A stretch of DNA of 63,517 bases, filler included, from Bdellovibrionota bacterium (GCA_963169515.1; 7 parts of 7 records of this genome joined end to end with filler, not necessarily neighbours in it); one strand, 5' to 3'. Shown: positions 10,194 to 21,227, counted from the first letter of the whole stretch. Numbers and translations are program-made. Notes: a model not told the origin generated them from the sequence alone.

Positions 10194-11666
10194 TTACTCG
10201 GTAGCCTTCGCCACTTCCCAAAATGTTCCCTGAGGAGTATCTTGAATTTGAATTCCCATTGCCAGTAGCTGATCGCGTAAGACGTCGCTCTTTTTAAAAT
10301 CTTTATTTTTACGAGCTATGACACGTTCATCTACAATGATTTGAACATCTGGTCGTTTTAGATTTTTTCTTTCCAACAGCAAATCGTCTGTTTGAGAAAG
10401 GTAAGTCTTCGGATCCTCTTGAAATAGGGACATCAACTTGCCATACTTTTTTATCCATTCTAAAAATGCTTTTGCCAAACCTACCGTCGCCCCATTCGGC
10501 TTCTGACCCCGCTTATGCTGCCCGTTGAAGTACCGGACAACCTCATAAATTTGAGCCATTACTTTTGGCGTATTGAAATCGTCATTAAGGGCGTTTGCAA
10601 CCTCTTGGTCAGCTTTAGCTGTTATATCGACAAATGCTTTGGGGGTAGATTCGCTTGCCACTCCACTTTCTAATACATCCTGCGCCACCGCCAACGCCGA
10701 ATAAATGCGCCCTAACCCTTGAATCGCGTCTTGAATTTGTCCATCGCTGAAATCGACCAGAGTTCTATAATGTGCTCGCAAAATTAAAAATTTCAAAACT
10801 TCGGCTCCAAAATGATCTAAAAATGAGTGTGCCGTTTTGACATTGCCCAAAGATTTGGACATCTTTTGCGCACCAAAATTGATAAAATTATTGTGCATCC
10901 AGTATCGCACAAATTTTTTCCCACACGCGGCCTCGCTTTGTGCAATTTCATTTTCATGATGTGGAAAAATCAAATCAATTCCACCACCATGAATGTCAAT
11001 TTGCTCTCCCAAGATACTGGATGCCATTGCAGAACACTCTATGTGCCAACCTGGCCTGCCCTCACTCCAGGGGCTTGGCCATTTGGGCTCACCAGGTTTT
11101 GCGGGCTTCCACAATGTAAAATCCAGCGGATTCTCTTTTTTATCAGAAACTTCAATTCGAATTCCCGCCATCAGTTCGTCCAAATTCTTATGTGACAGTC
11201 GACCGTATTCTTTAAATTTTCGGGTGGAAAATATCACCTCACCGTCTCTTACATAGGCAAGCCCATTATCAATAATTTTTTGGATAATAGCGACGATCTC
11301 TTTAATATACTCGGTCACTCGAGGATTTTTGTCATGCTTGCGCAGACCCAGGCGGCTAAAATCACTTTCAAATGCTTTTATATAGAATTCCGAAATGTCT
11401 GTTGAGGGTTTATTGTCTTTGATTGCCTTGTCGATAATTCGATCATCAACGTCCGTATAGTTATAGACGTAGGTCACTTTGTACCCATGCCCCTCTTCAA
11501 GCCAATTTCGCACGAGATTAAAAAATATTGGCCCGCGAAAATTTCCAACGTGAAGATAATCGTAAACCGTAGGGCCACAGACGTACATCTTCACTTGTCC
11601 AGGACTCAAGGGCTCGAACTTTTCTTTTTTAAGAGTCTCACTGTTGTAAATAACAAGATCTGCCAT
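10194..11666 (-). CDS. cysS: Cysteinyl-tRNA synthetase
   Basis: CGPTVY, HVGN, GRPGWHIECS and KMSKS; ATG overlaps the gltX TGA. Confidence 0.98.
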   Translation of the reverse strand: MADLVIYNSETLKKEKFEPLSPGQVKMYVCGPTVYDYLHVGNFRGPIFFNLVRNWLEEGHGYKVTYVYNYTDVDDRIIDKAIKDNKPSTDISEFYIKAFESDFSRLGLRKHDKNPRVTEYIKEIVAIIQKIIDNGLAYVRDGEVIFSTRKFKEYGRLSHKNLDELMAGIRIEVSDKKENPLDFTLWKPAKPGEPKWPSPWSEGRPGWHIECSAMASSILGEQIDIHGGGIDLIFPHHENEIAQSEAACGKKFVRYWMHNNFINFGAQKMSKSLGNVKTAHSFLDHFGAEVLKFLILRAHYRTLVDFSDGQIQDAIQGLGRIYSALAVAQDVLESGVASESTPKAFVDITAKADQEVANALNDDFNTPKVMAQIYEVVRYFNGQHKRGQKPNGATVGLAKAFLEWIKKYGKLMSLFQEDPKTYLSQTDDLLLERKNLKRPDVQIIVDERVIARKNKDFKKSDVLRDQLLAMGIQIQDTPQGTFWEVAKATE

Positions 11667-13165
11667 CAATGCTTCTCTGCTTCAGCGACAGGCGACGGTT
11701 TGAATTGTTTTTCTTTTGCTGCGCGAATTGTCTTGCTCGCTCTTTTAACTAGAGAGTCTACTTTTAATAACGGAACCAATAATTTAAGCTCTGTGCCGTG
11801 AGGTTTACCGATAACAGAAACCCGAATTGGCATAAAAAGCTCTTTCCCCTTTACCTGACACTTTTCCTTCACTTGATTCTGTATCGCTTCAAACTCAAGC
11901 GCCGAAAGATATTCCTTACCTGATGCCTTAACTAAATCACTCCAGGCCAAAATCACCGATTCAGATTTTGTCCAATTCAAAGCCTCTCGAGATTCCTCGT
12001 AGACCGCAAAGCTTTCATCATCGAGCAAACTGAATAATGTTACTCCATCCAGCAAAGTTCTCATTGCAGGTTTAAAAGCGTCCAGGGATTTACTTTGCCA
12101 ATCAGAATCACCGGAATAATTCACATTGTGTTTATCTAAAAACGGTTTTACACGCATCCAAAGATCTGCGTTTGGCAACGCACGCAAGTGGGTCTCATTT
12201 ACCCATAGCAATTTGGTTTCATCGAATACAGCAGGGCTTGAGGTCATGCGATCCAGATCAAATTGCTCGATTAATTCTTTCATTGACATAATTTCTTGGC
12301 CCTTTGGAGAACTCCAACCCAAGAGCGCGATAAAATTATTTAAAGCTTCGGGTAAAAAACCTTTTTCCATGTACTCGTGGCAACTGGTTGCCCCATGGCG
12401 TTTTGAAAGTTTTTGCTTATCAGGCCCCAAGATAATTGAAAGATGTGCAAACTGTGGAGTTTCCCAACCCAAGGCCTCATAAATCATCATTTGCCTTAAA
12501 GTATTACTTAAATGTTCCTCTGCACGCAAAACATGGGTGATTTTCATTAAATGGTCGTCAATCACACAGCAAAAATTGTAAACTGGCATACCGTCTGATC
12601 GAAGCAATACAAAGTCCCCGACCATATCGCTAGGAAACTTAACGTCACCGCGAACCAGGTCAGTAAAACCGTATTCTGTTGCCTCTTTAGGAACCTTAAA
12701 CCGTACAACAGCTCTTTTTCCCGATTTTATTTCAGTCAAAGCCTTTTCCGTAGACCAATCCCTGTATGGGCTTTGAACTTGCGGTGGGCGTCCTGCTTTC
12801 ATCGCATCTTCCCGTTGCTTATCAATTTCTTCGTCCGTTAAAAAACAATAATAAGCTTTACCTTTAGTTAAAATTTCATCAGCGTATTTTTTGTAAATTG
12901 ATAGTCGTTCGCTTTGTTTGTAGGGGCCAAAATCGCCACCAACCTGAGGTCCCTCGTCCCATGTTAGGCCCAACCATTTCAAATCCTGCAGCTGCATTTG
13001 TAAAGCCTCTTCAGTGGAACGCTCTTGGTCCGTGTCTTCGACCCTTAGGATGAATTTTCCACCTTTGCGTTTAGCATATAGATAGTTGTGTAAGGCGGTG
13101 CGAGCACCGCCTACATGAAGATAACCAGTAGGGCTAGGGGCAAAACGTACTTTTACATTAGACAT
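11666..13165 (-). CDS. gltX: Glutamyl-tRNA synthetase
   Basis: RFAPSPTGYLHVG and KLSKR. Confidence 0.98.
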   Translation of the reverse strand: MSNVKVRFAPSPTGYLHVGGARTALHNYLYAKRKGGKFILRVEDTDQERSTEEALQMQLQDLKWLGLTWDEGPQVGGDFGPYKQSERLSIYKKYADEILTKGKAYYCFLTDEEIDKQREDAMKAGRPPQVQSPYRDWSTEKALTEIKSGKRAVVRFKVPKEATEYGFTDLVRGDVKFPSDMVGDFVLLRSDGMPVYNFCCVIDDHLMKITHVLRAEEHLSNTLRQMMIYEALGWETPQFAHLSIILGPDKQKLSKRHGATSCHEYMEKGFLPEALNNFIALLGWSSPKGQEIMSMKELIEQFDLDRMTSSPAVFDETKLLWVNETHLRALPNADLWMRVKPFLDKHNVNYSGDSDWQSKSLDAFKPAMRTLLDGVTLFSLLDDESFAVYEESREALNWTKSESVILAWSDLVKASGKEYLSALEFEAIQNQVKEKCQVKGKELFMPIRVSVIGKPHGTELKLLVPLLKVDSLVKRASKTIRAAKEKQFKPSPVAEAEKH

Positions 13166-13215
13166 AGATGTCTATAATAGCCAGTTCTATGGCATAGGAC
13201 AAATGGACTTTAAAC

Positions 13216-13707
13216 TTAGTGCAATCCGAAGATTTGTTTTACTTCGCTTTCGATATTTTCTTCGGCGCTATTGGTTGCAAGTGCGAGCTCTTTAATGAGT
13301 AAGCTGCGGGCTGTATCGAGCATTTTTCGTTCCCCAAAGCTCAATTCTTTATCTACTTTTAACAAGAACAGGTCCCGCAAAACCTCTGCGATCTCGAAAA
13401 CAGAGCCTGTCTTAATTTTTTCCATATATTCACGGTAACGACGGTTCCAAGTTTGATTATCGATTTTTACATCGGTCTTTTTTAAGACCTGAATCACGTC
13501 TTCTGCCTCTGTTTTAGTTATAATAGGACGCAAGCCCACCGTTTGAGCTTTTTTCTTAGGAACCATGATTTTCATACCTGAATCCAATAACCGAATAGAA
13601 TAAAATGTATGTTGGGTCCCCATGATTTCTTTAGTTTCAATAGAGCTTATTTCCCCGACCCCGTAACCTGGATAAACAGCATTATCACCAACTTTGAATG
13701 TCGACAT
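13216..13707 (-). CDS. carD: CarD/CdnL family RNA polymerase-binding factor
   Basis: FKVGD.AVYP..GVG and WNRRYR. Confidence 0.93.
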   Translation of the reverse strand: MSTFKVGDNAVYPGYGVGEISSIETKEIMGTQHTFYSIRLLDSGMKIMVPKKKAQTVGLRPIITKTEAEDVIQVLKKTDVKIDNQTWNRRYREYMEKIKTGSVFEIAEVLRDLFLLKVDKELSFGERKMLDTARSLLIKELALATNSAEENIESEVKQIFGLH

Positions 13708-13836
13708 CCGTACTCCTCTGATAACCTAAGAACCCCACTAAAAAGTACAGGGCTCGCCCCAGCCATTTTATGTACCATTTTTGACACGACTTATCAAGAA
13801 TGTACTAACTGCGGCAGCCTATTAAGGATTTTTTAC

Positions 13837-15951
13837 CTAGTTCGCGCCTTTAGCTAATGACGCGATAAGTGCATACGGTTGTTTCCCATTTTGCCCCTGC
13901 GGCACATTTATACCTTTTACATGGATCTGATATGTGCCCCGAACGGCGCTATTTAAAAGCACCATTTCCATATTATTTACACGATCGCTGATGCTGTGAA
14001 TATCGCCATTGGGGGCAATAATTTCTACATCCAAATCGTTAACCAGTGTTTTCTGTACGGCAGCACTTGCGGGATAGTCTGTATACGCCAAATTCACGCG
14101 AATTATCGCCCCTGTTGATGCTTCCAACGAATAGGTCTTAACCTCGCCGGCACCGATGCCCACCTTGTTATCATCCAAAATGATCGGGTCCAAATATGTG
14201 ACTGAGTCCATGTCAACACGTCCATATCCTTCTTGGTTGTTAGGCGCAGGCTTTGGGATCTCTTGGGTCGGACCCACCCCATACTGCCCAGGAAATAAAT
14301 CTACCGCTGTATGGACAAGGGCGGCTTTGACAAGCGCTGCCGACGGGTTTGTTTGTTGCAATTTTTCAACTAACACTTGGCGAGTCACGGCCGCAGCACC
14401 GGCAGTCAGCGGCGTTGCCATTGATGTTCCGCCGGCATAGACATAATGTTCGTTGTATTCCCCCCATAACAATGTCGTTGCGCGGGGGTCCCGAGATCGA
14501 AGACTTACGATGTTTGTTCCCGGCGCAACAATGTCCGGTTTGATACGGCCATCTTTCGTAGGGCCGCGGGAACTAAATACGGCAATTCCGCCTTCATTAT
14601 TCGATAATTTATCGCTCCGAATTGGTTCCGCGCCCCATTTCTTTTCGCCATCCTTTAATTCAACGTGGGATTTTTGGCGGCCGCCTTCTAAAAGAAGATT
14701 TTCAGACGCTCCCACTGTTAGAGTATTCTTTGCCGTTCCAGGAGAGCCGATTGAATTTTCATCAACAACGCCGTCTTTGTTTGAATCCTGGCCACTATTT
14801 CCAGCGGCAAAAACAACCAGCATATCTGGATGATCCCACATGAATTGATCCACCTGGGCGGCAAAGTTATCATATCCACCAAGGTTTGCAGCACTTCCCC
14901 ACGAATTTGTATGAATACGTGCACCAGTGTCATATGGCTTTTGAAACACCGTTTGAAATTGCGGTGGAATGGAAATATTCCCAAAAAGATCGCTCCAAAT
15001 ACTTACTGCAACAAAGTTTGCAGCATAAGCACCGCCACGGATTTGCCCTTGGCTCATTCGACCAGTCCCCACAACAGAACCGGCAACGTGCGTCCCATGC
15101 CCTTGCGGGTCTGCCCACGAGTTTGAAAATAGACCCATAGGAATTCCTGCCTTTACGGTTTGAAGGTCCTGATGGAGATCGCTTAAATTTCCTGTATCAA
15201 GCCCTGTGTCTGCCATTGCCACCGTTTGATTTTGCCCCCTAAAACCTTGTGCCCATGCACTGTCGAATTTCATCACTTTTGTTCCAGACTCATAACCTGT
15301 TAGTGATGGCGGAGCCTCAGCAACTGAGTCTTCTTTGAAGTCCAAAAAATCAAAGGTTTCTAATTTAGGTTGAAGCTGAATCCACTCCGCTCCTTCGATC
15401 GCAGACAAATCAAAAGCGGCCGCACGCGGAGCTTTTACGACAAGCTCGTACGCTGTAAATGATATGATTTCCAAGCTTGGAATTTGGCCTAGTGCTATTT
15501 TAATTTTGTCCAGGTCGGTCCCTGGCAATAAGCGCACGTTAATTACTTCATTTTGCGACTGATCAAAGACGCTTAATCGGCCGAACTCTGGACTCAGCTT
15601 CCAGGTTGGAAGAAACGGTGTCACGTCGTAGAGCGATTTTGATGTGGCCGTTAGGATCAAAATATCTGATGTTTTAGCTTTCACAAGATAGGCGTCGTCG
15701 GGAATGTATCGAACAATTTCAATCCCCTTACTTTTTAAAATTTCTTGATCGCTTGGCTGAATCGTATTTTTGAATTGAATTATAAAGAACTCATTAAACG
15801 CATATTCACCTTGAGCTTGCCTGTGATCTAAATTTTTGAAGGAACCTTTTGTCTTTTGAATATCAACTGCACCGTTGGTAAGTAAAAGCTCTTTCGAATG
15901 TGCTGGTATTGCGAGTAAAACAAATAATAAAAATGATATTGATTTTTGCAT
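13837..15951 (-). CDS. Secreted subtilisin-like S8 serine protease (KP-43-like)
   Basis: Signal peptide; catalytic motifs DTG, HGTHVAG and GTSMATP. Confidence 0.95.
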   Translation of the reverse strand: MQKSISFLLFVLLAIPAHSKELLLTNGAVDIQKTKGSFKNLDHRQAQGEYAFNEFFIIQFKNTIQPSDQEILKSKGIEIVRYIPDDAYLVKAKTSDILILTATSKSLYDVTPFLPTWKLSPEFGRLSVFDQSQNEVINVRLLPGTDLDKIKIALGQIPSLEIISFTAYELVVKAPRAAAFDLSAIEGAEWIQLQPKLETFDFLDFKEDSVAEAPPSLTGYESGTKVMKFDSAWAQGFRGQNQTVAMADTGLDTGNLSDLHQDLQTVKAGIPMGLFSNSWADPQGHGTHVAGSVVGTGRMSQGQIRGGAYAANFVAVSIWSDLFGNISIPPQFQTVFQKPYDTGARIHTNSWGSAANLGGYDNFAAQVDQFMWDHPDMLVVFAAGNSGQDSNKDGVVDENSIGSPGTAKNTLTVGASENLLLEGGRQKSHVELKDGEKKWGAEPIRSDKLSNNEGGIAVFSSRGPTKDGRIKPDIVAPGTNIVSLRSRDPRATTLLWGEYNEHYVYAGGTSMATPLTAGAAAVTRQVLVEKLQQTNPSAALVKAALVHTAVDLFPGQYGVGPTQEIPKPAPNNQEGYGRVDMDSVTYLDPIILDDNKVGIGAGEVKTYSLEASTGAIIRVNLAYTDYPASAAVQKTLVNDLDVEIIAPNGDIHSISDRVNNMEMVLLNSAVRGTYQIHVKGINVPQGQNGKQPYALIASLAKGAN

Positions 15952-16134
15952 GCCTTCCCCCCGACTCAAAATTTGATCAAGGAATTGTAAACTTTACGAG
16001 TAGAAAATTAGCAAATCTTATGTCAACAGATGGCGTCATTAGAATATATTATCATTGGGTGATCATTCGATACGTTTTGCTTATGGTTACAGTTAAGCAT
16101 CGTCAAATTTCTTAAATTTTCTGTCAAATAGATA

Positions 16135-18213
16135 CTAGCCAACGGTGGCAAGCTGGGTTGCGCTCTGATAACGAGTGAGCTCTTCTTTGATATGTTGATT
16201 TTCAGGCCTCATAAGGTCGGGGTCTTTTTTAATTAAATCAAATGCGGCTTCTCGTGCATTTTGCAAAATATCTGTATCACGAATCAGGTGGGCCATTTTG
16301 AATCCCGGTAAACCGGATTGTTTGGAACCTAAAAATTCACCCGGTCCTCGGAATTCTAAGTCGGCTTCAGCAATTTTAAATCCGTCCGATGTTTCCGCCA
16401 TTATTTGTGTGCGCTCTCGAGCCTCCTGGCTGACAGCCTTTCCAAGCATCAGAACACAAACGCTTTTATGAGCTCCCCTGCCGACACGTCCACGCAACTG
16501 ATGCAACTGGGACAGGCCGAATCGTTCTGCGTGTTCAATAACCATCATCGTTGCGTTGGGGACATCAACACCCACCTCGATCACCGTGGTCGACACAAGG
16601 ATTTGGATTTCATTTTTCCGAAAACGCCCCATGATTTCATCTTTTTCGTCGGACTTCATTCGACCATGAAGCAGGCCAATGCTTGCGCCTGGAAGATCCG
16701 TCTTCCATTGTTCAAAGCTCGTCACTGCATCTTTTAAGTCGATTTTTTCGCTTTCCTCCACCAATGGATAGACAATGTATGCCTGTCGACCTTTTTTAAT
16801 TTGTTCGCTAATATACCCAACAACCAGACCGCGTTTATTCTCCCATACAACTCGTGTTGCAATTGGGGTACGTCCCTTGGGCAATTCATTAATAATGGAA
16901 ACATTCAAATCACCATATACTGTCATCGCAAGCGTGCGCGGTATCGGAGTCGCCGTCATCACCAGGAAATGCGGTGACTTGCCTTTTGATTTTAACGATT
17001 TTCGCTGTAGGACCCCGAAACGATGTTGCTCGTCTATAATTACGAGCGCCAATTTTTTAAATTCAACATCGTCTTGAATAAGGGCGTGGGTTCCAATGCA
17101 CAAATCAATTTCTTGATTTTTTAATTTATCAGAGATCTCTCTTTTTTCTTTGGTTGTCATTTTGCCCGTAAGCAATTCGACTTTGAACCCAAATTTTTCA
17201 GACATCTTGCTGGCATTTAAAAAATGCTGTTCCGCTAGTATTTCTGTAGGAACCATTAGGGCCACTTGATATCCATTTTTGATCACGTAATTTGCAGCCA
17301 GCAAGCTGACGATGGTTTTTCCACTCCCCACATCTCCCTGTACCAACCGGTGCATGGGATGATCCTGATGAAGATCTGAAAGCACTTCATCCAACGCCTT
17401 TTTTTGGGCATTTGTCAGCTCGAAAGGCAGGTCCTTTTTTATATTTTCCAAATAGCGTTCGATCGGTTTCATTGATAATGCTGGCTCACGAATGATGCCC
17501 TGCTGTCTCATCGCTAGAACCAGCTCAAGCCAAAAGAACTCTTCAAAAATAATTCGTTTATGAAATTCAGATCGAAGCGCCGAAAATTCTTGGGGCACAT
17601 CCTTTAACGGATCATGGATATGCTTCAAAGCATCCATCCGTTTTGGTAAATTATATTTTTTCAATATCCAATCTGGAAATTTTTCTGGGATTTTCACACC
17701 GCTTAGCGCTTGCAACATAACTTTGCGCAGCTTACCCGGCGTCACACCTTCTGTTTCAGTGTAGATGGGTACCAGTGTATCCGTATCCTCCTCACCCCCC
17801 ACCTCTCTGATATCTGGATGCAAAAATTGCTTTTGCCCACGATACGCGACCACTTTCCCGACAACCCGAACAATTTGTCCGGCAGAGAGACGATCAAAAT
17901 ATCCTCTGAAAGGCGTGCGAAAATACTTGCAATGAATGGTACCGGTGGAGTCCTTAATTAAAACGTCATATATCTTGCGGTAGCTTTTGCCCATTTGAAT
18001 GGCTTTGATGCTAACGATTTCAGCTTTCAAACTGACGATTTCGTTCAATTGCAGACTGTAAATGTTGCGTGCGGCTCGGCGATCTTCATAGGCGCGCGGA
18101 AACCACTCGATTAACTCTTGTACTGTGTGGATTCCCCGTTTACCTAACACCTTAGCGTAATGAGGACCCACGCCTTTCACGTATTGTATTGGCGTGTCAA
18201 GATTCAAGTCCAT
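16135..18213 (-). CDS. recG: ATP-dependent DNA helicase RecG
   Basis: QGDVGSGKT, DEQHRFG, MTATPIPRT and QLRGRVGR. Confidence 0.98.
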   Translation of the reverse strand: MDLNLDTPIQYVKGVGPHYAKVLGKRGIHTVQELIEWFPRAYEDRRAARNIYSLQLNEIVSLKAEIVSIKAIQMGKSYRKIYDVLIKDSTGTIHCKYFRTPFRGYFDRLSAGQIVRVVGKVVAYRGQKQFLHPDIREVGGEEDTDTLVPIYTETEGVTPGKLRKVMLQALSGVKIPEKFPDWILKKYNLPKRMDALKHIHDPLKDVPQEFSALRSEFHKRIIFEEFFWLELVLAMRQQGIIREPALSMKPIERYLENIKKDLPFELTNAQKKALDEVLSDLHQDHPMHRLVQGDVGSGKTIVSLLAANYVIKNGYQVALMVPTEILAEQHFLNASKMSEKFGFKVELLTGKMTTKEKREISDKLKNQEIDLCIGTHALIQDDVEFKKLALVIIDEQHRFGVLQRKSLKSKGKSPHFLVMTATPIPRTLAMTVYGDLNVSIINELPKGRTPIATRVVWENKRGLVVGYISEQIKKGRQAYIVYPLVEESEKIDLKDAVTSFEQWKTDLPGASIGLLHGRMKSDEKDEIMGRFRKNEIQILVSTTVIEVGVDVPNATMMVIEHAERFGLSQLHQLRGRVGRGAHKSVCVLMLGKAVSQEARERTQIMAETSDGFKIAEADLEFRGPGEFLGSKQSGLPGFKMAHLIRDTDILQNAREAAFDLIKKDPDLMRPENQHIKEELTRYQSATQLATVG

Positions 18214-18300
18214 AGGACTTGGATAGAATTGTTTTCATAGACAGTCAATCCCGGATGCTCTTAGACTTTAATTGGACCCTCAAACGGCTGCGGAGATTGT

Positions 18301-19233
18301 TTGGAAACCTACTTTAAGATTAGAATCAATAGCCTACATCCAGACCGTCCCCTTACATTTGACCTTTACCTACTGCTTAACAATCGTTTTGTCTTGTACC
18401 TTCGTGAGGGCTCAGCCCTTGAGCTCGAAAAAATCAATACATTTGAAAAGCGCGCCCCGGATTCATTTTATGTTAAGGAAACCGATCGAAAAAAATATAA
18501 GAGCTATATTTCCACTCAGCTAAATGACGAGAAGTTAGGAATTCGTGAAAAGGCAACTATCCTAAAAGAAAGTACATTTTCGCTTATCGAAGAAATGTTC
18601 GAAAATCCAGACCTGAAAACCGCATTGAACAATGCCAAACAAGCTGTTGATGACATTATTGGATTTATGAATTCTGAAGACGCTGCGATGTCCGAACTTT
18701 TGGGTTTATCGAGCCACGATTTTTACACCTATAACCATTCCCTGGATGTGTGTATATACTCTATCGGTCTGGGCCAAGTCGCCGGAATTTCTGATCCCGA
18801 ACTGCTGAAACAGTTGGGGCGTGGGGGATTTTTCCATGATATCGGGAAGCGTTACGTTCCTACCGATGTTATAACCAAAAAAGGAAGCCTGTCGGATGAG
18901 GAATGGGAGATTATGAAGCTTCATCCGGGTTATGGGCTAAAAATTTTAGAAAACTTTCCTGAAGCTACCGATGAAATTCGTGCCTGTGTTTATGAACATC
19001 ACGAGAATTTCCTTGGGAATGGTTATCCCCAAGGGCTAAAGGGCGAAGACATTCATCCCTTAGCTCGAATCGTAGCCATTTGTGATACTTACGATGCTCT
19101 TACTACAAAACGCTCCTACAACGAACCGATGTCACCAACGCAAGCTCTTGATTTAATGACCCACAAAATTTCTGCCCGCTTTGAACCCGCCTTGCTGCGG
19201 GCATTCCACGAAACTCTATTTAAGATCAAATAG
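18301..19233 (+). CDS. HD-GYP domain cyclic-dinucleotide phosphodiesterase
   Basis: HDIGK, HHE...GYP.GL.G and DALTT.R.Y. Confidence 0.92.
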   Translation: METYFKIRINSLHPDRPLTFDLYLLLNNRFVLYLREGSALELEKINTFEKRAPDSFYVKETDRKKYKSYISTQLNDEKLGIREKATILKESTFSLIEEMFENPDLKTALNNAKQAVDDIIGFMNSEDAAMSELLGLSSHDFYTYNHSLDVCIYSIGLGQVAGISDPELLKQLGRGGFFHDIGKRYVPTDVITKKGSLSDEEWEIMKLHPGYGLKILENFPEATDEIRACVYEHHENFLGNGYPQGLKGEDIHPLARIVAICDTYDALTTKRSYNEPMSPTQALDLMTHKISARFEPALLRAFHETLFKIK

Positions 19234-20200
19234 GTGCCAGGCACCGTCTGTCCGCTGGGCGGACAGGCGGTGCCTGGCACAGACTCATACGGAATTCTGA
19301 TGGGTTTTGAACCGCTTTTATTTTTTCAAAAAGCTCGCGTCCCGCCTCGTTTTTTTTAGATATCATACTGAGCCATTGCTTTGTTCGGGCTTGTGCAAAA
19401 AAATCGCTTTTCAGTTTTGCGCTGGAATCAAAAAATATCGGTAACAGCGGTCCTATATTTTCCCATGTAACAGAAAAGTCAGGATTTCTAATTTGTTGAA
19501 ATATAAATGGGTTTGCGATAGCCCCCCTTCCAATCATAAATTCATCACACCCGGTAATTTCATAACAGCGTTTTAAATCGTCAGACGACCAAATATCCCC
19601 ATTAGCTATGATGTTTAATTGGGTTCTTTCTTTTATTTTTGGAATCCACTCCCAAAATGCCGGCGGTTTGTACATATCGGTCTTTGTCCGACAATGAACC
19701 GTAAGTGTTGTAATTCCCGCAGCCGCAACAGCTTCGGCGTTTCGAATGCAAGCTTCCGGGGTGTCAAAGCCCAGGCGAATTTTTGCTGTGACAGGTATGT
19801 TCCGGGGGACCACATGACGGATGCTTTTTAAAATCTTGGTCATCCGGTCGGGAAATTTAAGCAATGTTGCCCCGCCATCGTTACGATTCACGGTCTTTGC
19901 GGGGCAACCAAAATTCACGTCAATCCCGCAAGCACCAAGATTCGCCGCACGAAGCGCACTTTCAGCCATCAATTCTGGATGACCACCCAAGAGTTGTACA
20001 AAAACGGGAACGCCGTATTTGGTTTTGGACTGATTCAAAAGCTCAGGACATTCTCGAAGGAATACTTTGTCTGGAATGATTTGGTAATCCGTCACTCGGA
20101 AAAATTCAGTAACACATTGATCGATTCCCCCGATAGAGGTAAGAATCTCCCTAAAGATCGAATCGATCACACCCTCCATTGGGGCTAAATGCAATTTCAT
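19226..20200 (-). CDS. dusC: tRNA-dihydrouridine synthase (DusC-like)
   Basis: LAPMEG, NFGCP, H.RT, NGDI and MIGRG; likely start at 20200. Confidence 0.85.
   Translation of the reverse strand: MKLHLAPMEGVIDSIFREILTSIGGIDQCVTEFFRVTDYQIIPDKVFLRECPELLNQSKTKYGVPVFVQLLGGHPELMAESALRAANLGACGIDVNFGCPAKTVNRNDGGATLLKFPDRMTKILKSIRHVVPRNIPVTAKIRLGFDTPEACIRNAEAVAAAGITTLTVHCRTKTDMYKPPAFWEWIPKIKERTQLNIIANGDIWSSDDLKRCYEITGCDEFMIGRGAIANPFIFQQIRNPDFSVTWENIGPLLPIFFDSSAKLKSDFFAQARTKQWLSMISKKNEAGRELFEKIKAVQNPSEFRMSLCQAPPVRPADRRCLAPI
19233..19280. repeat. REP-like palindrome of the GGTGCCWGGCACC family
   Basis: 22-bp arms with one T-G mismatch and a 3-nt loop. Confidence 0.9.
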
Positions 20201-20204
20201 GTTT

Positions 20205-20597
20205 TTATTTTTTAACGTCAATTTTTAATTCGGAAGCTTGATTGTTGCCATTTTTTTTCAAAACTTCGATTTCAGCCGACACTTTAAACTTGTGATCTTC
20301 GACAAACCGCGAAGCTTCCTTTACAAAATCGATCTTTGAAATGATTTTTATAATTTCATTTGAGACACGATTTGTGATTTCTTCTTTAGACTTGGCAGCG
20401 CCTTGAATAAGGGCTGCAATTATTTCTTTTGGAAGTTTAATTTCTTTAAGTGAGTTGCGAATGCTTTCTTCTGTTAAAAAGGCAGCGCCAATTCCAACAG
20501 CTAAAACTTTTTTTACAATTTCACCCACTCCGCCCTTTTGCCCGGCAGCGAGTTGATCCGAACCCTCTTCGTCGATTCCCCAATTCTCATCGCCCAT
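20205..20597 (-). CDS. Hypothetical protein (phasin-like N-terminal pattern)
   Basis: KKVLAVGIGAAFLTEE; operon-like overlaps with neighbours. Confidence 0.75.
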   Translation of the reverse strand: MGDENWGIDEEGSDQLAAGQKGGVGEIVKKVLAVGIGAAFLTEESIRNSLKEIKLPKEIIAALIQGAAKSKEEITNRVSNEIIKIISKIDFVKEASRFVEDHKFKVSAEIEVLKKNGNNQASELKIDVKK

Positions 20598-21018
20598 ACA
20601 GTTGCTTTACCCTTTTGTGGTATGAAGACATCATGTTCGGAAGGTTAACCTCAATAATACCTTTTGCAATTGGGCCCGGCACAAACCCCTTAAATGTTGC
20701 TTCAACGGTATACGTAGCCCGTGTTTTCCCAGCTTCTTCTTTTAAAACCCACGAACCGCTCGAAGTTTTAAACATATCGCCGCCGGCAAAATCCCATGTC
20801 ACGGACGTTGGTTCATTTTCCGTCATCCACAATGTGTACTTGAAAGTCTTAATAACGCTTACAGCGTATTCGACAAGTTTTTTGTTGCCACTGGTTTCAA
20901 GGACTTTGCATGAACTTACTTCAGAGAGATACTCTGGATAGCGCTCATAATCAGAAATAATCTTAAAAAATTCCAGAACCGAGCAGTTAAAGACTTCTGT
21001 TGCATTTGCACTAGCCAT
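20587..21018 (-). CDS. SRPBCC/START-like (cyclase/RatA-type) protein
   Basis: DYERYPEYL motif; GGAGG RBS before the ATG at 21018. Confidence 0.85.
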   Translation of the reverse strand: MASANATEVFNCSVLEFFKIISDYERYPEYLSEVSSCKVLETSGNKKLVEYAVSVIKTFKYTLWMTENEPTSVTWDFAGGDMFKTSSGSWVLKEEAGKTRATYTVEATFKGFVPGPIAKGIIEVNLPNMMSSYHKRVKQLYGR

Positions 21019-21227
21019 TTGGCCTCCGGCGATTCCCCTGTTAATGCTGCTAATCAACACTATTAGGACAGATTCTGCAAATAGTGGCAAGAACTTTCAA
21101 GTATTATGTAACGCGAATACGCCTATTCAAAATGTCAGTTTCTGACTACAGGGTCCTTTTTTCTTTCTCCAAAGCCGTCAATTGGTATTCTAAATATCGG
21201 TAACTGAAATCAAAAGAGGGGGGAAGT

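Noticed and set aside
6268..13165. gltX-cysS-uvrB-uvrC operon as a novel system
   Set aside because: All are ordinary housekeeping genes with intact motifs; nothing beyond co-transcription is evident.
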